The position numbers and the translations under genes are program-made. A stretch of 63,836 bases of DNA, counting the filler, from Reclinomonas americana ATCC 50394 (Eukaryota), in the NCBI GenBank assembly GCA_048213135.1. It is 17 parts of 17 records of this genome, joined end to end, with 100 filler letters (N's around TTAATTAATTAA, not from the genome) between each part and the next. Parts side by side here need not be neighbours in the genome. Positions count along the whole stretch, not along the records: positions 1 to 4,624 come from AFZH01018934.1; positions 4,725 to 8,819 come from AFZH01018936.1; positions 8,920 to 10,629 come from AFZH01018938.1; positions 10,730 to 13,005 come from AFZH01018939.1; 13 more parts are not named here. The stretch is one strand, 5' to 3'. Positions 1-11,535 of the stretch are shown piece after piece. The notes under the pieces were generated by a model. It made no database searches. It saw nothing but the letters and a program-made list of their open reading frames with translations, and was not told the DNA's origin. Numbering within the stretch: position 1 is the first letter of the stretch; every line of letters begins with the position of its first letter.

Positions 1-640
1 AGAGTAGTGTAGCGAGTGAGAGCGCGAGTGATGTAGGGCGTGAGTAAGAGCGGGAGCTGAAGAGGATAGTGACGTAGGTGAGAGTTGGAGAGAGACGAGA
101 GAACAGGAGAGTACAAGAGTGTGCAGAACGCTTTTGAGACAGGAGGGAAAGGAGGGAGAAGGGAGGAGAGAATTGAGAGACAGACAGAGAAAGAGAGAGG
201 GGAGAGAGAGAGAGAGAGAGTGAGCAGGAGAGTGCAAGTGTATGCAGAACGCTGTACTACATGCGACAATCAGTGAGACAAGAAGTAAAGGAATGAGGAA
301 GGGAGGAGAGACAGACGGAAAGAGGCAGAGAGAGAGAGGAGAAGGGAGAGAGAGAGAGAGAACAGGAGAGTACAAGTGTGCAGAACGCTGTACTGCATGC
401 GACAATCAGTGAGACAGGAGGGACAGGAGTGAGAGAGGAGGCGAGAGAGGCAGAGAGAGAGTATGAGAGAAAAAGAGATGGAGAGCTCGTTGGAGGCAGA
501 GCGCTGCCCTGAAAGCAATGTCCCGGAAGAGAGGAGGGAGAGAGAGCAGAGAGCGCACTAGCGTGACGCGATCTCTGTACTGCACACAACAACTCGGAGA
601 GTAGAGAGAGGAGCAAGGAAAGGCGAGGAGATAGCACAAC
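1..640. repeat. GA-rich low-complexity tract with short internal duplications; probably intron of the carboxypeptidase gene
   Basis: Purine-rich (GA)n sequence. The block gtgcagaacgctgtact..atgcgacaatcagtgagaca recurs near 238 and 378, with a partial copy near 118. Confidence 0.7.
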
Positions 641-943
641 GCGTGCGACAGTGCGACACTGCACGCTGCCCTTCGTGCCATCAGAGAAGGAAACATGGAA
701 GAAGCTGCCGCGCACACCCAGGAGAGCGTAAGGCAGCAGGCAGAGACAGCGAGAGGTGTGCGTGCAGCAAGTTCAGGGGGAGAGGGACGGAAGGGATTTG
801 AAGAACGGGGCAAGCGGGCTGCTGGGTTTGAGACTGCAGCGAGTGCACGTTGGCCGCCTGCTTCTCTTGTTTGCACCCTATTCTCGACCGCATTCCCCTC
901 TTTCACGTTATTGACTGTCTGCTCTCTCCCTTCCAACCCGCAG

Positions 944-3317
944 GATGAATGGTGGACCGGTACGCGTTCCGTGTTTTCTCTGTCACCGTCGATCACCCCC
1001 TCTGACTTTCCGCGCGCTGCAGGGCTGCTCCAGCATGTTGGGAATGACCACGGAGAACGGACCATTCCACATTGAGGCAGATGGAAACACCGTGACGCTC
1101 AATCCGTACAGTTGGAACACGGTACGACATACTGCCAGCATCGCGCCTCCAGTGCACTGCATGACATCCGTGGGGTTCGCAGGTGGCGTCGGTGATTTAC
1201 GTCGAGGCGCCAGCCGGTGTTGGCTTCTCGTACGCCAACGACGGCAAGTACACCACGGGCGACTCGCAGGTGAGCGAGAGGCCCCTCTCTCTCTCTCTCT
1301 CTCGAGCGTGCAGGTTCTCTGTCTGCCGAGTGTCTGACTCGTTGCTGGCGCGCAGGTGGCCTCTGATAATTTTCAGTTCGTGCAAGGATTCATGCGCCTC
1401 TTCCCGCAGTTCCGCTCGCAGCCGTTTTATGTGTCGGGCGAGGTCTGTCGGGGGAAGTTGCCGATGAGTGCGGATGTAGTGCGAGACTCACACTGCTGTG
1501 TATGCAGAGTTACGCTGGCCACTACATACCACAGCTGGCGCGACTGATTATGCAGGTGCGGTCGTGCGTGCTTTATTCTTGCTTCGTCTCCATACGTCGG
1601 GTCTCTCTGCAGATTTGATCACCTCTGCCTTCTCCTAATTCTCTTGCGCTTACGCAACCATCTTCGATGTTTCACTGAATTCTCCTTCCTGCCATCTTCT
1701 CTCCCCTCCTGGCTCTTGTCCTCTGTCTCCTATTCTTTTCCATCCTCATCCTCCTCTCCACCTCCCTCTTCATATTCATCTCTCCCCTTCCCTCTTTCTT
1801 TTCACGACCTCTCCTTCTCCCTCTCCTATTCTCCCGATCATTACCTCTGCTTCTCTCCTCGTCTCATTCTCTCCTTCTCTGTCCTGTCCTCTCTCTCTTC
1901 CCTCTCTCTCCTTCTCTCATTCTCTCCCTCTCTCCGCTCAGCATCCCTCTCGTCTCGCTCGCCTCTCACTCACTTCCTCCCATTTTCTGCCTCTCCTCAG
2001 TATTGACCTTCCCACTTCCCACTTCCTCCCTTCCTCCCTTCTTCCCTTCCCCCTTCCCACATCCTCCCTTCCTCCCTTCCCCACTTCCCCCTCCCCCCTT
2101 CCCACCTCCCCCTTCCCCCTTCCCCACTTCCCCCTCCCCCCTTCCCACCTCCCCTTTCCCACCTCCCCCTTCCCACTTCCTCCCTTCCCCCTTCCCCTCT
2201 TGCCCCCTTCCCCCTTCCCACTTCCCCTCTTCCCTTCTTCCCCTCTTGCCCCCTTACTCCCTCAGGGCAACGCCAACACCACCAACATCCACGTGAACCT
2301 GGTCGGCACGCTCTCCGGCAACCCCTCCACCGACGGACCCACCGAAGGTCCTGCGTACTTTCCGTTCTGGCAGGGCAAGGTCCAGTTCTCTTGCAGCGTA
2401 GACACGCTTGTGAATATGCGACTCATCCATTCCCCGCCGTCGACAGGGTTTGCTGAGCGAGGACGACTTCAACGCGGCCGTCAAGATCTGCAACGGCCAG
2501 CTGAGCCCGCCAGCCAATGCCGAGTGCGCCAATGTGCTGCAGGATTTGCGACAACGGTTGGGAGGCGAGATGCAGGGAACCATGTATGGCTTGCTGTTCT
2601 CATTTTCTGTTGTCTCTCTGTGCAGCAACCTGCACCTCATCAATCCGTACAACATCATGGAGCCGTGCCTCGGTCTCGGCCCCGACCCGAACGGTGGCTG
2701 CCTCACCACGCAGTCGCTGCTGGTTGCGGCAGGTGAGGAAAATACGTCAGCAAGTGCATTCACAATCACGACTCTTTTCACACATCCAATTTCTCCTCCC
2801 CAGATACTGCGGTGGTCGGTGGTCGCAGCCTGGCGCAGACATTTGTGCCGTGCATTCCGATTGCTCAGGTCGTCAAGTATTTCAATCGTGCCGACGTGCA
2901 AAAGGTACGCGGTCACACCTGCTCTTCGTGTGTCACGCGATGCCCAATTCTCTATCTCTGTGGAAACAGGCTCTTGCAGTCAGCCCCCAGGCGCTCCTCC
3001 CGTGGGACGTCTGCTCGTCGCACGTGCAGTACACGCAGTATGCACCCACCACCATTCCCGACTACCAGTTCCTCATCAGCCAGGGTGTGCGTGTGCTCTT
3101 TTTCAGCGGCGATGTCGATACGTTGCGTTGTTTGTCTGTATGTCTCTCTACTTCCCACGCTATACTTCTTTCTCTCTCTCTCTCTGTCAGTCTCTGTCTG
3201 GCTGTCTGTGTGTCTATTCGTCTGTTTGTCTCTCTGTCTCTCTTTCTCTCTGTCTCTCCTGCTCTTTTCTGCCTGCTTGTCTGTCTCTGTTTGCCTATCT
3301 CTGTATGTACCTATTTC

Positions 3318-3363
<46 letters not shown>

Positions 3364-3414
3364 CTCTCTCTCTCTCTCTCATTCTCCCTCACTCTGTCGA
3401 TCTGTGTGTCTGTG

Positions 3415-3449
<35 letters not shown>

Positions 3450-3450
3450 A

Positions 3451-3482
<32 letters not shown>

Positions 3483-3624
3483 CCTCATCTCTCGTTTGTT
3501 TTGTGTCGATTTGTCAACTCTGCCATCCTGTCTCTTCACTCTCTCTTCTCTTTCATTCTCTCTCTCTCTGTTTCTCTCTTTCTTTCTCAGTCTCTTTGTA
3601 TGTATACCTCTCTCTCTCTCTCTC

Positions 3625-3699
<75 letters not shown>

Positions 3700-4188
3700 C
3701 GTTGTCTCTCTTTCCCTCTCTTCTTCTCTCCCTCTCCCTCTCCCTCTCCCTCTCCCTCTCCCTCTCTCTCTCCCTCTCTCTCTCCCTCTTCCCTGTCCCT
3801 CTCCTTCTCTTCCTCTCCCTCTCCCTCTCCGCTATCTCCCTCTCTCCGCTCACTCTCTTTCCCTTCACCGGAACTCGACAGCTGCGTGCCGTACCTCGCC
3901 ACTCTTCGCTGCATGGCGCTCTTCAACATGGCGGTGCAGGACGACTGGGCACCGTGGCTCGTCAGCATCAACGACATGCCGCAGGTGGCCGGCTACAAGA
4001 TCTCGTACAGCCTTGGTCTGCTGACGTACATTACGGTCAAGGGCGCCGGTCACATGGTGCCGCAGTACAAGCCGCTGCAGGTACGTTGTGGTGGTGATGG
4101 ATGATGGGGGATGTGATGAACTCACGTGTGGTGGACTGTGCAGGCGCTGGCGTTCTTCTCGCGTTTTGTGAGTGGGCAGAATATTTGA
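944..4188 (+). CDS. Serine carboxypeptidase, peptidase S10 family (multi-exon, 5' part not identified in window)
   Basis: Spliced exons 944-959, 1023-1121, 1183-1269, 1356-1442, 1508-1555, 2266-2379 and onward to the last exon 4144-4188 (TGA). They give the S10 motifs (W)[35 protein letters not shown] (catalytic Ser), SGDVD-T-CVP (Asp) and VKGAGHMVP (His). Introns are GT-AG. Confidence 0.95.
3172..3860. repeat. Intronic microsatellite tract (TC)n/(TGTC)n/(CTCTCC)n
   Basis: Directly visible simple repeats inside the intron between the GDVD and CVP exons. They explain the spurious long ORFs in this region. Confidence 0.95.
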
Positions 4189-4624
4189 GGGCGAGTAGTG
4201 GCAGTGTAATGGACGCAACTAAGATCACGGTGGAGTGAGCGATAAGTAGTTGTCGTGATGCATCCACACAAGCACCAGTCTTGGTGGCAGCGATACAATT
4301 GCAACAACAAATTCATTCACCAACAAACAAGCGACAGCTGTCTTGATGACCAAGTTCAACCGTATCCAAAACATCAACACAATCACCAGTCTTGCGGGCA
4401 GCAGCAGGTTTTTTGTGTGTGTGTGTTCGCGATTGGAGCTTCGAACAAGTCGAGAACTGTACATCAGCGTGGTTGATCAGTGGGTTTGACGCACTTGCAT
4501 AGATCTAGACGCAGCGTTTTCTGCGATCACACACGGCACATCAGCCAGGCAAACAAAGCAATGCCGGGTCCTCCAGTTGAGGTGTCGTTGTCGGTGAGAT
4601 TGAACTCTCCTGACTACGTTTGGA

Positions 4625-4724
4625 NNNNNNNNNNNNNNNNNNNNNNNNNNNNNNNNNNNNNNNNNNNNTTAATTAATTAANNNNNNNNNNNNNNNNNNNN
4701 NNNNNNNNNNNNNNNNNNNNNNNN
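4625..4724. other. Assembly gap spacer (N run + TTAATTAATTAA + N run); first of 16 such gaps
   Basis: The same 100-nt spacer recurs at about 8820, 10630, 13006, 15392, 16827, 20171, 22195, 36392, 38266, 40371, 43170, 47173, 55755, 60784 and 62480. Confidence 0.98.
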
Positions 4725-5067
4725 CCGCCGCCGCCGCCATTTCCGTCAGCCCCGGGCGCTCGGTACGTGCAACGAGGCACTCTTATGTCCACCACCTGCT
4801 CTTGTGTCTCACCTTCTTCTCTCCTCCGCCGACAGTCGACTCCAGCGGCGACCACCGACTTGCCCGCGTTCCTGCTGACGCAGCCACTGCTGCCGCCGAT
4901 CCACACATTCTTCCAGATGCAAGGCCGCCACACGACATCGTCGCTGGCGGTGTCGGTGGCGTCCCCCACGGCCTCCACGGCCTCCACTCCCGCCGCCGCC
5001 TCAACGCCGAGCAAGCGATCCATGCACCACCACCACCACCACGACGGAGAGTGTGACGAGCATGAAG

Positions 5068-5106
<39 letters not shown>

Positions 5107-5911
5107 CCCACGAGCGTGATGGATCATCACACGACGGCCACTCGTGTGAGCCACCCGGCTCGCCCTACTCGGACATGTCGTCAGTTTCGTTCTCCCTTGT
5201 GTTTCATCGCAGCAGCCCTTCATGCTTGTGCTGACTTTCATCTTCCGGCGCACAGCCTTCGTCGTGCTGCTCCGGCAGCGATCCCAACGGCAAGTATCCG
5301 TGCCCCGAGCCCGGCTGCCAGAAGATCTTTTCGCGTGCCTCGGACCGCAAGCGCCACATCCAGTCGATTCACGAGAAGAAAAAGTACCCGTGCTCATTTC
5401 CTGGATGCAACAAGGCAAGTGGTCTATTTCAAGTATCTCTCCCTTCTCTCGCTTCAATGCCGCTCATCTCGTCTCCTCTCTCCTCCACCAGGCCTTCTCC
5501 GACCCGTCCAATCGACGCAGCCACGAAAAGTCGATTCACAAGGGCCTCAAGTTCGCCTGCTCCTTTGACGAGTGCGATCAGGTCTTTTCCAACCCGTCGC
5601 ACCTCAAGCGGCACGTCGAGTCGGTGCATGAGCGTCGCAAGTTCCCGTGCTCCCACGTCGGCTGCGACAAGGTCTTCACGCAGGCATCGCACCGCCGCGC
5701 GCACGAAAAGTCGGTGCACGAGGGCTGGAAGTTCCCGTGCAGCTACCCCGGCTGCGACAAGGTGTTCTCCGACACCACTAGCCGCCGCCACCACGAACTG
5801 TACCACCACGAGGGCATGGTGTATGTGTGCCGCGTGCCCGGCTGCAACAAGGAGTACTCGAAGGCCTCGAATCGCTCGCGGCACGAGAAGCGAGCTCATG
5901 GTGGTCTGTGA
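4725..5911 (+). CDS. C2H2 zinc-finger protein with six C-x4-C-x12-H-x4-H fingers and a His/Glu-rich tract (5' truncated by gap)
   Basis: Exons 4836-5183, 5256-5414 and 5492-5911 give fingers CPEPGC..HIQSIH, CSFPGC..HEKSIH, CSFDEC..HVESVH, CSHVGC..HEKSVH, CSYPGC..HELYHH and CRVPGC..HEKRAH. HHHHHHDGECDEHEDEHEHEHE lies upstream. Confidence 0.92.
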
Positions 5912-6169
5912 GGACGGGGAGAAGTTGAGGGACGGAATCTAACTTCCGTAGAAGTGCGCGCCCGCGCGTCGAGAAGAGGCCGTGAGAGGGCCGGTGACGC
6001 GCACACGACGACGATCGTGATGGAAGCGATTGTCGGCGCCGTCGCGGCAGCAGTGCACCACCACTGGTGACTGCTGATGCGTTTCATCATTAAATAAAAC
6101 TAGTGTTTGTTTTGCGATACACCAAGGAGAGAGAGGGAGGCGATTCCGCGGCACGATGCTGCAAACGGC

Positions 6170-6992
6170 GACGCATCGACAAGTGCGATCCAGTGGTGGT
6201 GCGATGAAGGGGCAGAGTGCAAATCGCGTAAGTGCACCGATCGTTCTTCGACTGCGACGCAGTGTGGCAGTGTACACGATGAAGCCGTTGTGAAAGCACG
6301 GCACCGATCGCTCCTCGACAAGTGCAATCCAGTGCTGGTGGTGCGATCCTGCAGGCATGAAGGAGCAGTGACCCAACGATGATTCGCCAAAGTGCTCCGA
6401 TCGCTCCTCGACAAGTGCAATCTGATGTGATGGATGCACTGACAGCAAGCACGCTTGTGAGCAAGTTGTGACAGTGCACCGATCGCCTCGACAAGTGCAA
6501 TCCAGCGTGGTGGTGCGATCCGACCCAACATTGATTCGCCAAGTGCTCCGATCGCTCCTCGACAAGTGTGATGTACTGACAGCAAGCACGCTTGTGAGCA
6601 AGTTGTGACAGTGCACCGATCGCTCCTCGACAAGTGCAATCCAGCGTGGTGGTGCGATCCGACCCAACAATGATTCGCCAAAGTGCTCCGATCGCTCTTG
6701 CCGCATGCAAGCACGCTGGCGAGGAAGCGACCAAGCAATGAGTCATGACAGTGAACCCCTTCCGTGAGAGAGCGACCATGCAAACGAATCGTCGCTGCGC
6801 ACCGATCGCGTGTCGACAAGTGCGATCCTGTGTGGCGGTGCACAGGCTGCAAGCTCTCTTTTTATAATAAACAGTCATGACAGTGCACCGCAGCGATCGC
6901 TCCTCGACAAGTGCGATCCAGCGTAGTGATGCGTCGATTGTTAGCATGCGAATCGTGAAGTCCTCTGTGCACTGATCGCTCCTCGACTGCGC
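6170..6992. repeat. Intergenic array of about 10-11 copies of a ~25-nt core (gtgc[a/t]ccgatcgctcctcgacaagtgc) with variable spacers
   Basis: Core cgatcg at about 6238, 6305, 6398, 6480, 6549, 6617, 6689, 6803, 6894 and 6973, with a partial copy at 6175. Spacing is about 67-114 nt. Confidence 0.9.
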
Positions 6993-7497
6993 AGGCAGCA
7001 ACCAACCACTCCTGTGAAAAGTGAGCAAACTACTTGACCGACAAGCAGTGGCGACAAACTCCCGAGCAGTCAACGGAGTCGCGACACACGAACTGTATAT
7101 ACCCGCTTTGTCTTTGCATGCTTGCTTTGCTTTTGGTCCCATGTACTCTTCATCGTCTCCCACACCTCAAAAAAACACATGCATTTGCCAACTGACTGCA
7201 TGACGGAATAACACAAGAGCATCCCCCCCCCCTCCTCTCCCCCCTTCCTCTCTCTGTCTGTGCGCCTCCTTTCTCTCCTCAAACACATACATGCGACCTG
7301 TGCGATGTAGTCAAAAACACCGGGTCGGAGTGTGCGCCCCGATGATTGGAGAAATCCATCGACTGCTCATCCGTTTTTTCGACCACTCGCCCGGGAGAGC
7401 TAGTTGCGGTGTTTCTCCGCCACCTCTCCCACTGTTCTCACGCTGTTTTCTCACTTTGCGCACGTGCATACGCATACACAGCTGGTTGAATAAGCAC

Positions 7498-8584
7498 ATG
7501 TCGCACGGGCACGGACACGGAGGCGGCCACGGTGGTGGACATGGCGGTCATGATGGCCCGACCATTCATGTCGAGGACGTTCCCGGTCTCACCAGCCAGG
7601 AAGCAGCTGCTCGGTGCGTTGCATCATTCACACACCACACACAGAGACGCACACACGCACTCGGCGTGTGTGTGTGCACACAGACAGAGATGCGCGCGCG
7701 CGTGTGTGTGTTTATCCATGGAAAAATGCCGCCAGTTGTTTGAGCAAACAAAACACGCGCACAAGTTGTTGCACACACACTCTTTTTCCGCGCGCGCGTG
7801 CACACTCTCCTCTCCACTCTCTTCTCCGCGCCATTATCTTTTTGTGTGTGCGTGTTGCAGTTTGATGTTTTGCGGTTCTCGCACTCATGTTTTTTTGTTT
7901 GTTTTGCAGTCTGCTGCAGTATGGCCCCAATGCCATTCCCGAGAAGAAGGACTCGCTTCTCGTGCAGCTCTTCAAGCACTACATTCACGGACCGATGCAG
8001 TACCTCATTTTGTTGGCCGCCATTCTCTCCGGTGCCATTCAGCACTTTGAGGGTGAGGAAATTAATCTCCGTCCGCTTCTCTCTCTCCGTCTTTCTCCAC
8101 GAATCTCACGTCCTTTGTGTGTCTGTGTCTGCTGCAGATTTGGTCATTATGATTCTGCTGCTGGTCGTCAACGGAACCATGTCGTTTGTGGAGGCTCGCA
8201 AGGCCGGTGATGCCGTCGCTGCCTTGAAGAACTCTTTGGCCCCGCAAGCCCGTGTGTTCCGCGATGGCCGTCTCACAGAATTGGAGGCTGCTGGTCTGGT
8301 GCCTGGCGACAAGATTTTGATCAAGCTCGGCGACATTATCCCCGCCGATTCCAACTTGTTGGTGCGTCCGTCCGACCGACCGATTGTGCATCTCCCAACT
8401 TTGTGTGCTCATGACTCTCCCTCCTTTCCTTTTCTTCGCTTAGAATGGCGAGCCGATTACGGTCGACGAAAGTGCTCTGACTGGCGAGTCTCTGCCCGTG
8501 ACCAAGAATCCGGGCGAGTCTGTGCTTGCCGGCTCGGTCATGAAGCTCGGCGAAATCGATGCCGTCGTGACCAACACTGGCATT
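7498..8584 (+). CDS. P-type ATPase, plasma-membrane H+-ATPase (P3A/PMA-like), N-terminal part only; remainder lost at the 8820 gap
   Basis: Spliced protein has [23 protein letters not shown], a TM1-2 hairpin, [38 protein letters not shown] and the actuator motif [15 protein letters not shown]. The DKTGT phosphorylation site is not in the window. Confidence 0.88.
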
Positions 8585-8721
8585 GTTGCGTGCAAAAAAG
8601 TGATGGACGGGGATGGGTTCTTTTCCTCCACTTTTTGCGGCATCTGCCATGTGGGGATATTTCGTTCTTTTTATTTTCATCGTGCGAACATTATTGTCTC
8701 TGTGGTGCCTTCTCCTTTGTT

Positions 8722-8819
8722 CTCTGCTCTGCGCTCTGCTCTGCGCTCTGCTCTGCGCTCTGCTCTGCGCTCTGCTCTGCGCTCTGCTCTGCGCTCTGCT
8801 CTGCGCTCTGCTCTGCGCT
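8722..8819. repeat. 12-mer tandem repeat (ctctgctctgcg)n, intronic
   Basis: About 8 perfect copies running into a gap. Confidence 0.95.
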
Positions 8820-9159
8820 NNNNNNNNNNNNNNNNNNNNNNNNNNNNNNNNNNNNNNNNNNNNTTAATTAATTAANNNNNNNNNNNNNNNNNNNNNNNNN
8901 NNNNNNNNNNNNNNNNNNNCGCCTGTTGGGAGTCGGAAGGGGAAAGGGGAAAAGGGGGAAAGGGGAAGGGGAAAAGGGGAGAAAGGAGAGAAGGGGAAAG
9001 GGGAAGGGCGAAAGAAGGGGAATGGGGAATGGGGAAACGAGTGGGGAAGGGAGAGAAGGGGAAGGGAATGGGGAATGGGGAAGGGAGACAAATTAGGTGG
9101 GCGAAAAAGAAGGGGATGAACGGGAGTGGCGCATAGGAGCGACGCGAAGTACGGAAGAC

Positions 9160-9672
9160 AGGCGAAGAACCGATAAGGAGGTGCCGTGATCGACTCTCAA
9201 CACCAATGTGACGAACGAAGGCGGGCGGGAGAGGAAGGGATGAGAGGAGAAGGGAATGGAGGAAGAAGACGAAGCAGTAAGAGAGGCAGAGAACCATAAA
9301 GGAGGTGCAGGTCCCGCTCCGTGATCGACGAGCGAGAGCATTGCAACCTGTCCTTTGATAATGCAGCGCAACGAACGAGGGCGGGTGGGAAGAGAGGAAA
9401 GGATGAGAGAAGGAATGAGGAAGAAGAGGAGTAGTGAGGCAGAGAACCATAAAGGAGGTGCAGTCCCCGCTCCGTGATCGACGAGCGAGAGCATTGCAAC
9501 CTGTCCTTTGATAATGCAGCGCAACGAACGAGGGCGGGTGGGAAGTGAGGAAAGGATGAGAGAAGGAATGAGGAAGAAGAGGAAGTAGTGAGGCAGAGAA
9601 CCATAAAGGAGGTGCATTCCCCGCTCCGTGATCGACGAGCGAAAGGCTTGCAACCTGTCCTTGGTGCAGCGC
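9160..9672. repeat. ~154-nt tandem repeat, about 3.5 copies
   Basis: Unit gaggcagagaaccataaaggaggtgca starts at 9283, 9436 and 9590. A degenerate copy starts near 9160. Confidence 0.9.
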
Positions 9673-9723
9673 GAGGAGCAAGATACCGCAGTTCTACCAA
9701 TCAGCAGCGCCTTCATCCACCTC

Positions 9724-10626
9724 TTATCTCGGTCGATCAACATCATCCGCATCGTGGTCGTCGCCAATGCTGGAGGGAACTGCTGGCGTGCCATCGTGCT
9801 GCAGCACCCGTTCGAGCTCGCGCCTCAGCACGTCCTCTGCAACGTCGGGCACCTCACTGACCACAAGCGAGTCGAGAACCTGGCGGCACCGGTAAGCGGG
9901 AACGACACTCTCAAAGCAGTGCACGATGCTTTTTCACCTGATGCGCCAGCCTGTCTTCCTCTGGCGACGGCGGTGGTTCGTCACTCGTCATTGTCATCGA
10001 CTCGGCCGCCTTTTCCACGCCCTCCAGCCCCTGCTCCGCAAACAACCTCATCTGCAGCACAGCAAGATGAGTTGTCGACTGCCACGCAAATGGCCTGCCG
10101 AGCCGTGCGCACCTTGTCAGCGTGGAACTGTGTTTGTGCCTGGATCATGCGCCACTGTGGGGATTCGTCGCTCATGCGTGCCATGCGCAGTGTGTCCAGC
10201 ACGCCGAGGCCACTGTGGCACAAAGAGTAAGAAACACAGAGAGAGGAGAAGAGGGGAGAGGGGGAGAGGAGGGGGGGGGGAAGAAAAGCCGTCACACCGA
10301 TGCAACAGCTCATCAATGTAGTCCTCGCTGGTCTCGAACCGGTGCCGCCGGAACGCAAAGCGCAGCACGTTGCTCACATGCGACGACTCGGCGGCTCCAG
10401 GCAGTGATCGTGCCTCGCCCATCAATGCTCGATACAGGCGAATCACGAATCTGCGAGGAGGGAGAAGAGGTGAGAGTGGAGAAGGGAGAGGGAAGGAGGG
10501 AGGGAGGGAGAGGAGGAGAGTGGAGAAGACGGGAGACAGCAGTTGTCATTATGAAGACAAGTGTTGCAAGTCTGCCTCCTACACACGGGGGCGGCGCATT
10601 CGCCGAGTCATCTCCTCTCTGCGCAT
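9724..10626 (-). CDS. LYR-motif (Complex1_LYR-like) protein, multi-exon
   Basis: An exon at about 10450-10295 reads VIRLYRALMGEARSL...VLRFAFRRHRFETSEDYIDELL (LYR plus downstream F-R pattern). Further exons lead to a stop at 9724. Start codon and internal splice sites are tentative. Confidence 0.6.
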
Positions 10627-10729
10627 GGTNNNNNNNNNNNNNNNNNNNNNNNNNNNNNNNNNNNNNNNNNNNNTTAATTAATTAANNNNNNNNNNNNNNN
10701 NNNNNNNNNNNNNNNNNNNNNNNNNNNNN

Positions 10730-10833
<104 letters not shown>

Positions 10834-11535
10834 ACTCACTCTCTCCCTCTTTCTCACTGCATTCTCACGCGAGAGCTCACCGTGGCCGCACCTCCGGATT
10901 CATCACAGCCCTCGAACTCATCTCTGCTCCTCAGCCTCACTCACAAAAGCAAAAGTTGTCCTGTTCGGATCTGTCACTCACTCTTCCTCGCCTTCCCCCC
11001 AGGCCTCTCTCACGGCATCGTGGTAACCATCGTTCAGAGCACGAGTTCCACTCGTCGCATCTTACTCCCTCGCAGTGAGACATGCAAAAAGGTGCCCTGT
11101 TCGGATTTGCAACGATGTCGCTTGTGTTCCGTCTCCCTCTTCCTGTTCCTCTATCTTTTCGTCTATGGCGTACAGGGAGCTTCAGCATAGTAGGGTGCCG
11201 ATCCGAAGTCCAGAGGGCTTGCAATTGCTCTCCAGGAAAGCGAGGAATTCAATGCCGTGGTGACGCTTCGGAGAGGACACAACCGTCGCGGCGTTCTCGC
11301 AATTGTGATCACCGTTACACTCTCACAGTGCACGACAGCTTGACTTGAGAATGCAAACGTGCGCTCGACAAATGCGTGTCCTGTCCGATCGCGAATCTGT
11401 CCAATACAAATCAATACAAGAAGAGATCTCTTCTTGCTCCTCTCTCTTGTCCTCTCTCTCCTCTCCTCTTGTGCCGCAATCAGCGCACTGCGAGAAGGAG
11501 GAGAGAATTTTCTTCTTATTTTATTGAACGTGATC

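Noticed and set aside
2450..4104. Long ORFs of 340-526 aa in several frames
   Set aside because: They read through stop-free microsatellite introns. Only short parts are carboxypeptidase exons.
4669..4680. TTAATTAATTAA palindrome recurring 16 times
   Set aside because: Always centred in N runs. It is an artificial all-frame-stop scaffold linker.
6170..6992. CRISPR array
   Set aside because: Central spacers are duplicated, spacing is irregular, repeats are degenerate, there are no cas genes, and the context is intron-rich eukaryotic DNA.
5939..7163. Minus-strand ORFs with IALVEERS or TCRGAIGAL repeats
   Set aside because: By-products of the DNA repeat array. Copies shift frame relative to each other and no domain is recognisable.
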